Position numbers and translations under genes: made by a program
From: Hypanus sabinus
Taxonomy: Eukaryota
Direction of reading: 5' to 3'
NCBI RefSeq assembly: GCF_030144855.1
Contig: NC_082732.1
Span: 24,800,001 to 24,864,000 of the forward strand
Length of the DNA stretch: 64,000 nucleotides
Part shown: positions 63,804-64,000 of the stretch, piece after piece
How positions within the stretch are numbered: the first letter of the stretch is position 1
Layout: the number at the start of each line of letters is the position of its first letter
The notes under the pieces: generated by a model
Database searches by the model: none
Told to the model about the DNA's origin: nothing
The model's input: only the letters and a program-made list of their open reading frames with translations

Positions 63804-63890
63804 ATGGTTTTCCTCACGCTCTCGCGTTGGATCCGGAGCCGCGGGCCCGATCGATATTGGCGGGTCCAGGAAGTCCTGAAGCACGCACGG
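63804..63890 (+). CDS. MRPL20: Mitochondrial ribosomal protein L20 (bL20m), exon 1 (29 codons)
   Basis: [29 protein letters not shown] resembles the human MRPL20 N-terminus ([29 protein letters not shown]). Phase-0 donor CGG|GTGAGG; embedded in a CpG island. Confidence 0.93.
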
Positions 63891-64000
63891 GTGAGGGCGG
63901 GCAGGAGGATCGGGACCGAAGGCCGGGCTGCTGTGAGACCGCCAGTCTCCCGGCTCCGGGGCCCGGTGGCACAAGCTCGGGCTTAGTAGGGAGCGATAAC

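Overview
Repeat-rich vertebrate genomic DNA, most likely a cartilaginous fish (ray or shark). That assignment is inferred only from the mix of CR1, Rex1/Babar, Penelope-like and tRNA-SINE repeats. Three genes are recognisable, in the same order and relative orientation as at human 1p36.33. TMEM88B is on the minus strand (first coding exon 5083-4808; the rest was not found in the window). ANKRD65 is on the plus strand and complete, with 3 coding exons (46611-46789, 49266-49815, 54902-55315; about 380 aa). MRPL20 is on the plus strand (exon 1 63804-63890) behind a CpG-rich promoter with NRF1, CCAAT, GC-box and E-box motifs. Most of the remaining sequence is decayed mobile DNA: a TIR-bounded Buster/SPIN-type hAT transposon with nested insertions, a truncated Gypsy element (PNMA-like gag, tRNA-Pro primer site), four solo LTRs with 5-bp target-site duplications, Tigger and Tc1 elements, MITEs, L1, RTE, CR1 and Rex1 fragments, and two minisatellites (28 bp and 41 bp units). 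The most interesting signals are: (i) short Penelope-derived elements that fold back at or near a minimal hammerhead ribozyme motif, two of them bounded by target-site duplications; (ii) a divergent CTCF motif pair between TMEM88B and ANKRD65; (iii) splice and polyA signals suggesting an unannotated transcript that diverges from MRPL20 and runs antisense into ANKRD65, with nearby CpG-rich structured segments. There are no prokaryotic features or CRISPR arrays. Repeat-fragment boundaries are approximate unless a TSD or TIR is quoted.
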